Positions 39,086 to 49,744 of a stretch of DNA of 58,639 nucleotides are shown in pieces (positions within the stretch are counted from its first letter, which is position 1; every line of letters begins with the position of its first letter). The notes beneath the pieces are model-generated. The model had not been told where the DNA came from. It searched no databases and worked only from the letters and a program-made list of their open reading frames with translations. Source of the stretch: a virus (lineage: Duplodnaviria; Caudoviricetes); IMG/VR virus record IMGVR_UViG_3300025997_000012, positions 1 to 58,639 of that record; one strand, 5' to 3'. The translations under genes and the position numbers were made by a program.

Positions 39086-40252
39086 TTATTTTTCCATAAT
39101 TGTTACATCAACAGGTGATAATGGAGATCTTGGATCTGTTTCAATAGGTGTTGCTGTTGGAATACCTAAATTACCGATATGGAAATGCGCATCATATTTA
39201 TCCCTTAATTGTGATAAAACACCAATATTATCTGATAAATCACCTGCACAAGTAATATCACTATTTGAGCCGATTTTCTTAGTAACTTTCAAATTTCCTG
39301 TTATAAGTACATCATTTTTGATTTCTAAATTACCGTCTGATGTGATAGTGATTGCACCTTTTACGTGTTCTTTAAGATTTTTATCTATACTTTTTAGGAC
39401 ATTACCTTTAATAATTTCTTGTAAATCATCTTCTAAATATCGTTTTACTGTTTTTTTAATGTGCTCATTAATTTCTGTCAAGTGTATAAAATGAGAAATT
39501 GCATCTTTCCCATTACTATTATCAACAGTTTTTTGAATAAATGAACCATCTGGTCTAATTTCGATATAACTGCCTGTCTTATGGTACACTCTAATTCTTT
39601 CATTACCTTCAGTATCATCTGTTTCAATAACATGTCCTGAAGGTGTTTCATTAATAGTTACATTTGGATATTCTGATTTATCATTTAAAGGATCAGGCTC
39701 AGTTTGCGAAACATCTGCACCAGTAACACTATCAGTTACACCTTCTACTTTGTCTAGGTTTGATTTAATGATATTGAATGGTGTTGTATCACCAGCTGAA
39801 TAATCAGAATTAGGAATATTTTTATCATAATATGTATCAGTTAGTTTTTCGTTTCTCACAAGACGATTAATATCTGATTCATTAGTTCTGGCTTCAAATG
39901 GGTATAGTTCGTCAGGGTCATTAAAACCTTGACCATTAGAATAAAGAGTTTTGTTAGTTGTTTTGCCAATGATTGTACCGATTACGATTGGTTTATTAGG
40001 ATTGTTATGATCTAAAATACACCATACCCATGTGCCATTTCTTGGTATACTTGTTAAACCAATTCCATTATTTAATGAGTTTTCTGTGCTACCCATTAAT
40101 TCTGCCCAAGGTAAGTCATCTGTTTTAATGAAGTTGAAGTCTTCTCCTGCATTTTCATTTTTTGGTGTATGTAAACCAAAAATTCTAACTTTTAAACGAC
40201 CTAATTTTTCTGGGTCGTTATTATCTTCTATTACACCTCTATGTAGCAACAT
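39086..40252 (-). CDS. gp5: Baseplate central spike gp5 (no lysozyme domain)
   Basis: GVIEDNNDPEKLGRLKVRI OB fold, LPWA, ETPSGHVIE.DDT.GNERI..YH.TG, C-terminal HFH. Confidence 0.92.
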   Translation of the reverse strand: MLLHRGVIEDNNDPEKLGRLKVRIFGLHTPKNENAGEDFNFIKTDDLPWAELMGSTENSLNNGIGLTSIPRNGTWVWCILDHNNPNKPIVIGTIIGKTTNKTLYSNGQGFNDPDELYPFEARTNESDINRLVRNEKLTDTYYDKNIPNSDYSAGDTTPFNIIKSNLDKVEGVTDSVTGADVSQTEPDPLNDKSEYPNVTINETPSGHVIETDDTEGNERIRVYHKTGSYIEIRPDGSFIQKTVDNSNGKDAISHFIHLTEINEHIKKTVKRYLEDDLQEIIKGNVLKSIDKNLKEHVKGAITITSDGNLEIKNDVLITGNLKVTKKIGSNSDITCAGDLSDNIGVLSQLRDKYDAHFHIGNLGIPTATPIETDPRSPLSPVDVTIMEK

Positions 40253-40255
40253 TTA

Positions 40256-41416
40256 TTATCCTTTTGTCATAAAATCTATTCTATTTAATGTGTACTTTTG
40301 CATCAATTTGTCACCGATAATTTTATCAACAACTGATGATACAAAATACTTCCCACTAGAAAATTCATCTCCTTTTAATGTTGATTCTTCAAATAATGGG
40401 TTACCTTTTAATTCTACTTTAACAATAGTACCAACATTCGAATATTTAAGTGAACCAGCCGTAACTATTGACGTTTCATTATTTAACATATATGAATTAA
40501 ATAATTGATATTTTTGAAACCCATCAGTAATTAATTCATTAGTATTAAATCTTGTGCCGTTTGTTATTTGTAAAGAACTTGAATCGAAATTATTTAACTT
40601 CAATTCTGATGCATAATCTTTAATATTTATAGTCTCAGAGACAATAGTTTTGTCAGTAGAAAACTTATAAATTTCGTCTATTGGTTTAACTAAATTTAAA
40701 TGCCCAGATGCATTAATAGTCATTTGAATTTCATGTATTTTTGCTATATATTCATTATTAAGTGTATTATTTTTAAATATTAAATCACCATTAGGACCTT
40801 TTGCAATTGGTAGTGTACTAGGTTTAACTTCTTTAATGTGTATATTTTTTTTATCTTGCCACATTCTTATGTTTTCTTTGCTTAACTGATATAAGAAAAA
40901 ATCAAGTACTGATTCATTTTGAGGTACAACAAAATTAGTCGATTCAGAAGTATCATTATCGTCGATAGATATTTTGTTTTTAGTCATAATATCAGATAAT
41001 TTTAGATTATCAACGTATTGTTTAAATGCAGACACCGGTGTATCATTAAAGCTTTTGCTTATATATGATGTATTAAGTATATAAGAGATTTCATCTACAC
41101 CGTGAATAGTAACTACTTTAAATCGTTCGTTTGACATATTAACAACATAATCAGTAATAATGAATGTTTTGTGTATTTTTTCATCTGTGATATCTGTTAA
41201 TGAAATAGTGATTAGATTTTTTTCTTTAGGTTTAATTTGATAGTTAAACATATCGAATGAATCTTTAATCTTCAGTGTTGTGATTATTGGAAAATTAAAG
41301 AAGTCATATTTAGTTTCGATAGTCAAGACATCATCTTTCGGTACAACAAAATCATCGATTTTTACTTGTACGTTTTTAAGTAAAGATGTGTTATTAAATA
41401 TTTTTTCAAAAGACAT
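40256..41416 (-). CDS. Baseplate hub protein (gp27-like)
   Basis: Size, position upstream of gp5, C-terminal SGKYFVSSV. Confidence 0.6.
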   Translation of the reverse strand: MSFEKIFNNTSLLKNVQVKIDDFVVPKDDVLTIETKYDFFNFPIITTLKIKDSFDMFNYQIKPKEKNLITISLTDITDEKIHKTFIITDYVVNMSNERFKVVTIHGVDEISYILNTSYISKSFNDTPVSAFKQYVDNLKLSDIMTKNKISIDDNDTSESTNFVVPQNESVLDFFLYQLSKENIRMWQDKKNIHIKEVKPSTLPIAKGPNGDLIFKNNTLNNEYIAKIHEIQMTINASGHLNLVKPIDEIYKFSTDKTIVSETINIKDYASELKLNNFDSSSLQITNGTRFNTNELITDGFQKYQLFNSYMLNNETSIVTAGSLKYSNVGTIVKVELKGNPLFEESTLKGDEFSSGKYFVSSVVDKIIGDKLMQKYTLNRIDFMTKG

Positions 41417-41904
41417 TAAGTTATATATCCTAATTCATAACATTTTTGTATGAATACATTTATTTTAGATGGTTTCACTATTTTAATAACCCTAAATTGT
41501 TCATTATTATCAAGACTATCAGATAATAATTTATTATACATAGCATCATATGTTGATTGTGATAATGAATTGCCATTTCTAAACTGTGTTATATAGTTCT
41601 GAATTTGTGTTTCAACACTTGCGACTAATTGGTCATATTCGTAAGGCATATCGAATAATGCATTTTTATGATTAATAATTAATAAAATGTCCCAAAAACT
41701 AGCATTGTTATATAGAATTTGAGATACTTGTTCAAGTGTTGAATTGTCATTTATTTGATACCAATCATACAGTAAGTCAGTATCATTTTGGACCATTTCA
41801 TAGATACCTTTTATGTCTACAGAAAAATAATCTTTAAAGATATATTTAGTTGATTCTATGTTTGCAAAGTTTAACAATGAGTTAGTTAAATGTGTATAAG
41901 CCAT
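41416..41904 (-). CDS. gp53: Baseplate wedge gp53-like (LysM)
   Basis: YQI......EQVS..LY.N..FWDILLIIN. Confidence 0.8.
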   Translation of the reverse strand: MAYTHLTNSLLNFANIESTKYIFKDYFSVDIKGIYEMVQNDTDLLYDWYQINDNSTLEQVSQILYNNASFWDILLIINHKNALFDMPYEYDQLVASVETQIQNYITQFRNGNSLSQSTYDAMYNKLLSDSLDNNEQFRVIKIVKPSKINVFIQKCYELGYIT

Positions 41905-41906
41905 TA

Positions 41907-42833
41907 TTAACCTCCAGGTTTAGTATTATAGTCTTGTAATGTTTTCATATCAACTTCAGCCCATTGTAGAGATAATGATATCTGTTTAGGAATACCATCA
42001 CCAGTTTGTTGCATAAACCCATCGGCACCATAATCGACAGAAATGTTAGTTAAAACAACTCTATCCATATTAATAAGTGGTTTTATATAATTATTACTAA
42101 TGTCAATTTTAAAGAATGAAGGTGCTTTAATACTTACACCGTTTATTGATTTTGACGGTGAAGAATATTGTTTTAATTTAGTAATGATAGTTAATATAGT
42201 TTCTGCTTCTGTTTTATTTCTTGGGATAAACATATATTCCATCGAAAATGTTCTAGGTGTACTACCTGAATAATTCTGGAAATAACCTGGGTCAATCATT
42301 GGTTTTCTTAAACCCATAGAAGAAGTACTAGAACCAAGAACTTTATTAACAGTAATATCACCTGTGAAACTATCAATAATATCCAATCCTTTGTTTATAC
42401 CTCCACCAATCCTGCCAGTACTGTTTTTTAATTGTGGTATCATACGTGTAAGGCTTGTAATACCAGATGCTAAATTAGCGCTCATCATAGATTCACCAAT
42501 TGCACCAAGTACACCAGTTTCTACAGACCAACCATGATTTTGAGAATCTACAAATGAGTTAGGTAAAGGTAAAACTATTACTGATTCTGTTTCTCCTTCA
42601 GATGATCGCGACCAAGAATCAAGATTTTTACTAATTTCAGTCATAGTTGATTCTGCTGATTTTAAAAAACTAGAAATGTAACTATCATCATCATATGCTT
42701 TACTTAATGCAGATGCAGAATCTTTACTACTACTAGCCATTTTTACATAAATTTTTACATGGCGATGTTCAAACTGGTCGTCTGTTATATCTGTAGGATA
42801 TGCATATTCTATTGCCATTATGGACCTCGTCAA
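41907..42833 (-). CDS. gp48: Baseplate-tail tube junction protein gp48-like
   Basis: LPLPN, RTFSMEYMFIPRN..EA, VLTNISVDY, G.PK.I.L.L...E. Confidence 0.8.
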   Translation of the reverse strand: MTRSIMAIEYAYPTDITDDQFEHRHVKIYVKMASSSKDSASALSKAYDDDSYISSFLKSAESTMTEISKNLDSWSRSSEGETESVIVLPLPNSFVDSQNHGWSVETGVLGAIGESMMSANLASGITSLTRMIPQLKNSTGRIGGGINKGLDIIDSFTGDITVNKVLGSSTSSMGLRKPMIDPGYFQNYSGSTPRTFSMEYMFIPRNKTEAETILTIITKLKQYSSPSKSINGVSIKAPSFFKIDISNNYIKPLINMDRVVLTNISVDYGADGFMQQTGDGIPKQISLSLQWAEVDMKTLQDYNTKPGG

Positions 42834-44920
42834 TGTTCAAAACTGTTGAGAAGATTATCAGAATCATAATTCTTCGCATTATAGTTATTTATATTATGAT
42901 TACTTATAGGATTAACATTTACATTTTGATTATTATTTTGTGATATTCCTAATTGCATCTTTGTTTGTTGCACAAAGTTTTCATTTAATTGTTGTGCAGT
43001 CATTTCCTTTACATCTTTGTTTGATTGAACGATAGTATCTTCTTTTTTTATTTTTTCATCTTCATAAACATCTGATGTTTTAGTAATTTGTTTAACTTTT
43101 CTTGCTGTATTTTTCGATGATTTCACATTAACTTTTGAATTAATAATTTCACGAATTCGTTCTTTATATGTATTTTTTTTCTGTACTAAATTTTCAATTG
43201 TTTCATTAATTTCAGATACTTTCTCAATAGCTCCAACTTTCGTAGCAATTACTAATTCAACTTCTTTGTTAGTGATTCTCGAATTAATCTTTTTAATATT
43301 CTTATTTATGATTTTTATTTCATTAACATTATTGTTTTCAATACTATTAACATCACCATTATTAAAAATGTTTTCGATTATTTCATTATCTTCTTGCTTA
43401 ACTTCAAGATTTTCAACTTGAAGGTTTTGAATTTTCTGCACATTAATTATGTTATTCGTGTTAGCACTATCTTCTATTGTGATATTTTTACTTAAGTCAT
43501 TTGTTTCATTTTTGACTTTCATATCAGTATTAGTGATCTTATTAACATTATTTACATTAATACTATTATCAACATTCTCTGTTTTATCTATATTAATATT
43601 AGCAATATTTTCATTTTTTGTGATATTTGTATTTTTTGTTTTATCTATATTATTTTCATTTTTTGTGATATTTGTATTTTTTGTTTTATCTATATTATTT
43701 TCATTTTTTGTGATATTTGTATTTTTTGTTTTATCTATATTATTTTCATTTTTAATATTTTCATTTTTTGTTTTATCTATATTATTTTCATTTTTAATAT
43801 TTTCATTTTTTGTGATATTTGTATTTTTTGTTTTATCTATATTATTTTCATTTTTTGTGATATTATTATCTTGTGATATTTGTTCTCTTAATATAACTGA
43901 TTTATGAACTTCAATCAATCGTTCTTTAATTTTTTCATCCCAATCATCAATGTTAATAATTTCTTGTATTTCTACAGATGATAGTTCTTTTAATTTATTC
44001 CAGTCATCAATTTTTGAATCACCAATAGTATCATGATCGATTATACCAGCATCTTCATATTTTTCAATATCATTATTTCCACCCATTAGGTTATTCACAC
44101 CTTTAGATACATCTTCACCATCAACCAAACCAAATGTAAATCCTGAAGCAATAGAACCTACTGCCGATGATGCTTTATTAATGGAAGTTAATTCAGATTC
44201 AGATATACCTAATGATTCACCAGCATTATTCCAACCGTGTACACTATCATAAACAGATAAACCAGCAGCTATTAAACCACCAACAATAGGTACTGCTTTA
44301 CCTAATCTTAAACCTCTTAATATTTTACCTGCACCAGTTTTACTAGTTTTTTTAGGAGCTTTTGGTTTAGACTTTTCGTTAGGTTTAGTTGCACTTGTTG
44401 GTTTTGGTTTATTAGGACTTTTTTTATGTTTTTTCTTACCAGTTGGAACCGGTCTTGGTTTACCTTTACCACCTTTACCACCTTTACCACCTGTACGGCT
44501 ACCAAATCTTGCTCTTGGACCAAGCATCCCAGGTAAACTAAAATTAATATCATTCCCAGGTGTACCACCATCAAGTATTTGTGTATCACTGTGTGTATTA
44601 AGTGAATCTTTTTGTAATTTGTCAGGATGTTTAATTGATGTATCTTGTTCATCGTACATATCGCGATAAATGTTATTAAGAACGTCAAGTATTTTATTAT
44701 TTACTACGAGTAATTTACCAAATGTCGGGTCGATTATTTGTTTTTTATCTGATTCAGATTTTTGATTTTTGACTAAATATTCAACTTGTTCAGCTGCAAT
44801 ATTTTCACCTGTCACATTCATATAATCGATAAGTTTTTCATTAGTACTTTCGATTTCTGATGCTGTAGCGGTGTCCATATTTAATTTTTCATCAAATTTT
44901 TGGCCATCTTCGTTTTTCAT
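42830..44920 (-). CDS. Probable tape measure/hub protein (gp29-like)
   Basis: Position between gp51-like and gp48-like genes; G/A-rich KAVPIVGGLIAAG segment; internal repeats. Confidence 0.6.
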   Translation of the reverse strand: MKNEDGQKFDEKLNMDTATASEIESTNEKLIDYMNVTGENIAAEQVEYLVKNQKSESDKKQIIDPTFGKLLVVNNKILDVLNNIYRDMYDEQDTSIKHPDKLQKDSLNTHSDTQILDGGTPGNDINFSLPGMLGPRARFGSRTGGKGGKGGKGKPRPVPTGKKKHKKSPNKPKPTSATKPNEKSKPKAPKKTSKTGAGKILRGLRLGKAVPIVGGLIAAGLSVYDSVHGWNNAGESLGISESELTSINKASSAVGSIASGFTFGLVDGEDVSKGVNNLMGGNNDIEKYEDAGIIDHDTIGDSKIDDWNKLKELSSVEIQEIINIDDWDEKIKERLIEVHKSVILREQISQDNNITKNENNIDKTKNTNITKNENIKNENNIDKTKNENIKNENNIDKTKNTNITKNENNIDKTKNTNITKNENNIDKTKNTNITKNENIANINIDKTENVDNSINVNNVNKITNTDMKVKNETNDLSKNITIEDSANTNNIINVQKIQNLQVENLEVKQEDNEIIENIFNNGDVNSIENNNVNEIKIINKNIKKINSRITNKEVELVIATKVGAIEKVSEINETIENLVQKKNTYKERIREIINSKVNVKSSKNTARKVKQITKTSDVYEDEKIKKEDTIVQSNKDVKEMTAQQLNENFVQQTKMQLGISQNNNQNVNVNPISNHNINNYNAKNYDSDNLLNSFEH
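43586..43865. repeat. Intragenic tandem repeats encoding (NT)NITKNENNIDKTK variants
   Basis: Repeated TTTTGTGATATTTGTATTTTTTGTTTTATCTATATTATTTTCA, 45-bp main period. Confidence 0.9.
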
Positions 44921-45609
44921 CGATTAATTTCCTCTTTTGATTTATTTAGCAAACTGATTAATATAAAACGTTCAAATGGCAAAAGTGTATCTATATCTTG
45001 TTTAGTGTAATTCCCATAGTAATTTAAGTCATTATAAGTTTGATATAAGCTCATAACACTATCTTCACTCATATTGTCAATAATAAATTTTGGTGCTGAT
45101 ATATCTGTGTAATTTGATTCACCACATAAATTACATCTTATTTCTTTTCTAAAATTAAACTTTGTAATTGAATTATATGTTTCCTCATATAAATCTTCAT
45201 ATTCATCCACATCTAATTCTTCAAGATTTATATCAACGAAATCTTGAAAATTATCATGAGTTAATTCTTTAAAACAATCGATAATATGTTCATTTTTTAT
45301 ATTAGCAGGTTCAATAATATTTGAAATATTGACTGGAGCCTCATTAGCTTTTTTACAATGAATACATTCAAATTTTGTATTAATTTCATCTCCGATTGAT
45401 ATTTCTCTAAATCGGTATAACAATGCTTTCTTTTCATTTGTTGTTAATGTTTCAATAATATTATTTTCTACATTACATAAAATTAATGCATCATCAAGAC
45501 TTTGATTCTCGTACATAGTCAAACATAACAACATTTCCTTTTCTTGTTGTGTATTATATGGTGATATTTTTATATCTTTACCACATTCTTTGTAATCAAG
45601 TACAATCAT
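44917..45609 (-). CDS. Baseplate hub assembly protein (gp26/gp51-like)
   Basis: PY....EK, R..SIG, CxxC pairs, ID.LLPFER.I.I.LL. Confidence 0.75.
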   Translation of the reverse strand: MIVLDYKECGKDIKISPYNTQQEKEMLLCLTMYENQSLDDALILCNVENNIIETLTTNEKKALLYRFREISIGDEINTKFECIHCKKANEAPVNISNIIEPANIKNEHIIDCFKELTHDNFQDFVDINLEELDVDEYEDLYEETYNSITKFNFRKEIRCNLCGESNYTDISAPKFIIDNMSEDSVMSLYQTYNDLNYYGNYTKQDIDTLLPFERFILISLLNKSKEEINR

Positions 45610-46268
45610 TTAATATTCCATGAGTCCGGAAAAAAGTTCGGTAATTTGTCAAATTCATAAGTATCAATAGCACCACATTTAGGACATTTCACATCATAAA
45701 TATTATTAGTTTTGAATCTCATTTTGTCCCATTGTTCGAAGATATTTTCAAATTCATCTACGTTAAGATTATTAATTACATCATTTAATTCTTCAAACGT
45801 ATATTCATTATCGTTAAATGATTTAATATGAAGTATAAAATCGAATAATGACTTTTCATCTAAAGTATCTAATGAATCCATTAATTTATCATGAAATATT
45901 CTATTTTGAATATAACCGATAGAAATTATGATATTTTTATATATAATATCGTGATATTTTTCATAATCAGCAGTGATAACTTTTTCTAAGTCAGCTGTAT
46001 ATTCATATTCATGTTTACATGATGAACAAGTAAAGTCGAATTTAATGTTTTTAGGAAGTGATTTATTTCTTATCATAGAAATAACATAAGTATATTCATC
46101 TTCACTAAGTGCTATATTTTTATCTTCTATACAATCATAAACTAATGCTTCTCTAACAGCTATTTTGTTATCAGCATTATTGATTAGTTTGTTTTTATCT
46201 TTTACCTTCCATTTTCTGAATTTTACCTTGCGATCACCAATATTCATTGAAAAATTGTACTCTGTCAT
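45606..46268 (-). CDS. Baseplate hub assembly chaperone (gp26-like)
   Basis: KVKFRKW.VKD, two CxxC motifs, NFF end. Confidence 0.7.
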   Translation of the reverse strand: MTEYNFSMNIGDRKVKFRKWKVKDKNKLINNADNKIAVREALVYDCIEDKNIALSEDEYTYVISMIRNKSLPKNIKFDFTCSSCKHEYEYTADLEKVITADYEKYHDIIYKNIIISIGYIQNRIFHDKLMDSLDTLDEKSLFDFILHIKSFNDNEYTFEELNDVINNLNVDEFENIFEQWDKMRFKTNNIYDVKCPKCGAIDTYEFDKLPNFFPDSWNIK

Positions 46269-46279
46269 ATTACTCCTTC

Positions 46280-46810
46280 TTATTTAATGTTTTCTGGGTC
46301 TGGGTTAGTACATTTGAATTCAACTGTGAATTCAGCAATTTGTGTTTCAGTATTATTACTAAATTGTAATTGTGAAACAGAATCAATCATTGCATTATTA
46401 TATGTAGCAATCTTTTTTATTGTTTCATCTGCATAATCAGCATCTTTATATAAATGAACTGTTGATTTTATGTCATCGAAATACATAGTTCTTTGAAATA
46501 AGTATGTTGCAACAAATTTCCTATACAATTTCATTTGGTCTTGGTCTCTGAATGTAATTGAGAATCTATATAATTCATCCCTACCATTATGAATGAACCA
46601 TCTATCACCTGTGTAATGTTCGATATTTTGGTTAGTAAATTGTGGTGTATTAAAACTTACGATATTCAGATTAATTGCACGAGAATTCAAGTCACTTGTC
46701 CAACCAACTAATTTTTTAATTGTTGGTGAAAGATCAAGTTCGATAGTAAATGAGTTAATATATGACCATTTAGTATTGTATGCAGTAAGCATACCATCAG
46801 CAAAATTCAT
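46280..46810 (-). CDS. Tail tube protein paralog (gp19/gp54-like)
   Basis: SITFRD, IDSVS.L.F......I.EFTVEF; likely start MNFADG at 46810 after AAGGA. Confidence 0.7.
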   Translation of the reverse strand: MNFADGMLTAYNTKWSYINSFTIELDLSPTIKKLVGWTSDLNSRAINLNIVSFNTPQFTNQNIEHYTGDRWFIHNGRDELYRFSITFRDQDQMKLYRKFVATYLFQRTMYFDDIKSTVHLYKDADYADETIKKIATYNNAMIDSVSQLQFSNNTETQIAEFTVEFKCTNPDPENIK

Positions 46811-46839
46811 ATATGTTATTCCTTTTATAATATTATTAT

Positions 46840-46851
46840 TATTTATAAATA
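46840..46851. promoter_or_regulatory. Palindromic bidirectional T4-type late promoter TATTTATAAATA
   Basis: TATAAATA on + (46844-46851) and on - (46840-46847) between divergent tail genes. Confidence 0.75.
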
Positions 46852-46878
46852 ATAAAATAACAAATATTTGGAGATACA

Positions 46879-47712
46879 ATGTCGTCAATAGTTCAGAATA
46901 TGATGCAAAAAGCCATTGGTGATGGTGCTAGAGCTAGTAAATTCGATGTAATGTTGAGGTTTACTGGTAATGCTGGATACGATTTAGATACGATTGGTAT
47001 TATGGTTAAGACTACAAAATTGCCATCTAAAACCCATCAAAAATTAGATTTTAAGTTTAAAGGTAGATCTATTCCATTAAAAGGGCAGACTAATTATGAC
47101 CAAACTTGGGAGTGTCAATTTTATTTAACACAAGATCATGCTATAAAGAATGCATTTGAATTATGGGTAGAAGCATTAGACCAAAAACATAATTATCATA
47201 ATCCTAATGATTATAAAGGTTTACCAACATTACAGGGTAATCATTATACTAATGGGTATGTTGTTCCTGAGATGCATATATATCAGAAAGATTTCGATAA
47301 TACTGCTAAGACAGCTAAATATATTATGTATAATGTGTATCCTACGGAGATATCTACAGTGCAGTATGATGCTGAAGGTAGAGGCCAAATATCTTTATTT
47401 ACTGTGACGTTTTCATATAGTCATTATAAGTCAGAAGTTATGAAGAGTAAAGATGGTAATTTCATCGATAATTTAGTTAACCGAATTAATAATGAAACCA
47501 AAGAATTTATTGACGAGAAAATGCAGTCATTGAGCAATGCTATAAATGGATTTATTGGTGAAGATGCATTAACTAGTTTAGAAAATTATGGTAAGTCTAC
47601 TGAAGATTTTTTGTTTAGTGATGGTGCTAAACCAGCTACACCTAAGACAGTATCACAATTAACAAGAGGTGGTTTAGGTGCTGCACATATGCCAAGTAAA
47701 ATAGGCGAATAA
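46879..47712 (+). CDS. Tail tube protein paralog (gp19/gp54-like)
   Basis: GARASKF, LPS, GR.I...G...Y..W, NVYP..IS, FTVTFSY. Confidence 0.8.
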   Translation: MSSIVQNMMQKAIGDGARASKFDVMLRFTGNAGYDLDTIGIMVKTTKLPSKTHQKLDFKFKGRSIPLKGQTNYDQTWECQFYLTQDHAIKNAFELWVEALDQKHNYHNPNDYKGLPTLQGNHYTNGYVVPEMHIYQKDFDNTAKTAKYIMYNVYPTEISTVQYDAEGRGQISLFTVTFSYSHYKSEVMKSKDGNFIDNLVNRINNETKEFIDEKMQSLSNAINGFIGEDALTSLENYGKSTEDFLFSDGAKPATPKTVSQLTRGGLGAAHMPSKIGE

Positions 47713-47728
47713 TTTAAAAGGATTTTAA

Positions 47729-48472
47729 ATGTTTACAATTAGTGATCTTAAAAAGCATCTTGGACCTGGTTTAGGTTTAAGAAAAAATAAATACTTATTA
47801 GAGATACCTATACCTGGAATTGAAGGTGAAAAATTAAATGTATTATGTAGAAGTGCAGGATTACCAGAACGTCAGATAACAACAACACATGTATGGCATA
47901 AAGGAAGACGATATAATACACGTGGTGAGACTGATTATATGGGTTCATATGAAGTGTCTATATTAGATGATTCAGCAATGAACATCAGAAAAACATTCGA
48001 TAAGTGGTTAAAGAAAGTTGATGATTCAGGGGAAGAAGGTGGTTTAGCATCATATGAGGGTAATTTAAAAGATTTATTAGATGTAGCTAAATCAGGCCTT
48101 ACAGTGTTGAATCAGGTTAAGAATGTTACTAAAGACCCTAGCGATGCTATTGGTGGATATTTTTTAGGTATGATAGACCCAGAGGGGGCAGATGCAACAG
48201 CTAAATATCAAACAGACATAAACATTTGGCAATTATCAGCTAGCGGTGAAAAGGTATACGGGTATAAGTTACAGAATGCGTTTCCACAAACAGTTGGAAT
48301 TGTTACATTAGATGATGGTGAAGAGAATACATTATCGGAGTTCAGTGTTACATTTGCATTTAGTGAATTTATTCCGTTAGAAAACCAGTCATTTGGTGAA
48401 GAATTATTAAGAACTACAATTGGTGATTCAGGTAATGAAGTTGTAAATGGTGTCGAAGCTTTATTTGATTGA
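47729..48472 (+). CDS. Tail tube protein paralog (gp19-like)
   Basis: R.NKY, LC.SA.LP, NAFP..VG...LD, EFSVTFAF. Confidence 0.8.
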   Translation: MFTISDLKKHLGPGLGLRKNKYLLEIPIPGIEGEKLNVLCRSAGLPERQITTTHVWHKGRRYNTRGETDYMGSYEVSILDDSAMNIRKTFDKWLKKVDDSGEEGGLASYEGNLKDLLDVAKSGLTVLNQVKNVTKDPSDAIGGYFLGMIDPEGADATAKYQTDINIWQLSASGEKVYGYKLQNAFPQTVGIVTLDDGEENTLSEFSVTFAFSEFIPLENQSFGEELLRTTIGDSGNEVVNGVEALFD

Positions 48473-48558
48473 TAAGTAAATAATTAAATATATAAATAAT
48501 AATAAAACAATATATATATATATATATTTAACGGTAAAAATAACAGGAGAAATTAACA

Positions 48559-49140
48559 ATGGCAAATAAATTGTCTCAATTAAAGAATGCTTTAGGTGCA
48601 GGTGCTAGAGCTAATAAATATAGAATTGGATTTAGTATCCCTGCTACTGTTCCGGTGTCTTCTAATTTGCGGGATGCTGAAGTACTTTGTAAAGGTTCAT
48701 CTTTCCCTGGTGCGACGATTGGTCAAATTGAAGCATATAATCAAGGTAGAAAGTTGGTATTGCCTGGTGATACTACATATACTAATATTTGGACATTAAC
48801 ATTTTATCAAACTGAAGATCATGCTTTGCGTAAAGATATGATTTCATGGATGACATCTGCTGATAACTTCCAAAATAATACACATTCAGGTAATCCTACT
48901 GATGTAATGAGTGAGTTAAATGTTGAGCAATTGGATAGTGCTGGTAATGTAACTGCTACTTACACGATGCATAATGTATTTGTGCAGGAAGTTTCAGAAT
49001 TAACAGTTGGTGATGATCAAATTGATACATTACAAGAATTCGATATTGCATTTAGTTATACCGATTGGGTTGTTGGTAATGGTGAAATGAATAATCCAGC
49101 ATCAGGCAACCCTGCCACTAAAAACGCTATTGCTGAATAA
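48559..49140 (+). CDS. gp19: Tail tube protein gp19
   Basis: GARANKY, FPG..IG, GRKL.LPGD..Y..WT.TF, QLD, EFDI.FSY; own late promoter at 48491-48498. Confidence 0.88.
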   Translation: MANKLSQLKNALGAGARANKYRIGFSIPATVPVSSNLRDAEVLCKGSSFPGATIGQIEAYNQGRKLVLPGDTTYTNIWTLTFYQTEDHALRKDMISWMTSADNFQNNTHSGNPTDVMSELNVEQLDSAGNVTATYTMHNVFVQEVSELTVGDDQIDTLQEFDIAFSYTDWVVGNGEMNNPASGNPATKNAIAE

Positions 49141-49174
49141 ATTAGAGCCCATTAAGGGTTATTTTGGATTATAA

Positions 49175-49732
49175 ATGGCAATAAAAGGCAAAGGTAAACA
49201 TAAAAATAAGAATAGATTAAAAGAATTATCTACAGCTCAATCGAATATGAAGATTAAAGATCTTATGAAAGAACGTAAGACTTTAAGAGCGCGTGATATG
49301 AAGCCTGGTAATCTTTTGTTTACGTCTTATGATGCTAAGGATAAAGAACAAACTTATGATAGAACGCCTTTGGTTTTAATATTAAGATCGGGTAGATCAC
49401 ATACATTAGGTTTGAACTTTCATTGGATACCTATGTCTATGAGAATTAATCTTATTAAGAAGATTATATCGATGAATTCTAAAAATATTAAGAAAAATTT
49501 GCCTTTAGATTTCGATTATCATGATTTAAAACCAATGTTAAAAAGTTTAGGTTATGCACCATGTATAAGACTATATATAAACCCGCGTTTGGGTAAAAAG
49601 GCTGTAATATTACCACCTGAAAGATTAATTGAAGCAGCAAGATTGAAGAGTGAATCATTTACTAATGGTAGATATTCAGCTACTCAATTATATCAAATGG
49701 CAAGAGCGTCTGGTAAAAAACGCAGAAAATAA
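49175..49732 (+). CDS. gp2: DNA end protector protein gp2
   Basis: PG.L....YDAK.K...YD..PL, GLNFHW.P...R. Confidence 0.85.
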   Translation: MAIKGKGKHKNKNRLKELSTAQSNMKIKDLMKERKTLRARDMKPGNLLFTSYDAKDKEQTYDRTPLVLILRSGRSHTLGLNFHWIPMSMRINLIKKIISMNSKNIKKNLPLDFDYHDLKPMLKSLGYAPCIRLYINPRLGKKAVILPPERLIEAARLKSESFTNGRYSATQLYQMARASGKKRRK

Positions 49733-49744
49733 AGGAGATTTAAA

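Noticed and set aside
43449-43907. Hydrophobic repeat membrane protein on + strand
   Set aside because: Antisense translation of the Asn/Lys-rich repeats of the tape-measure-like gene
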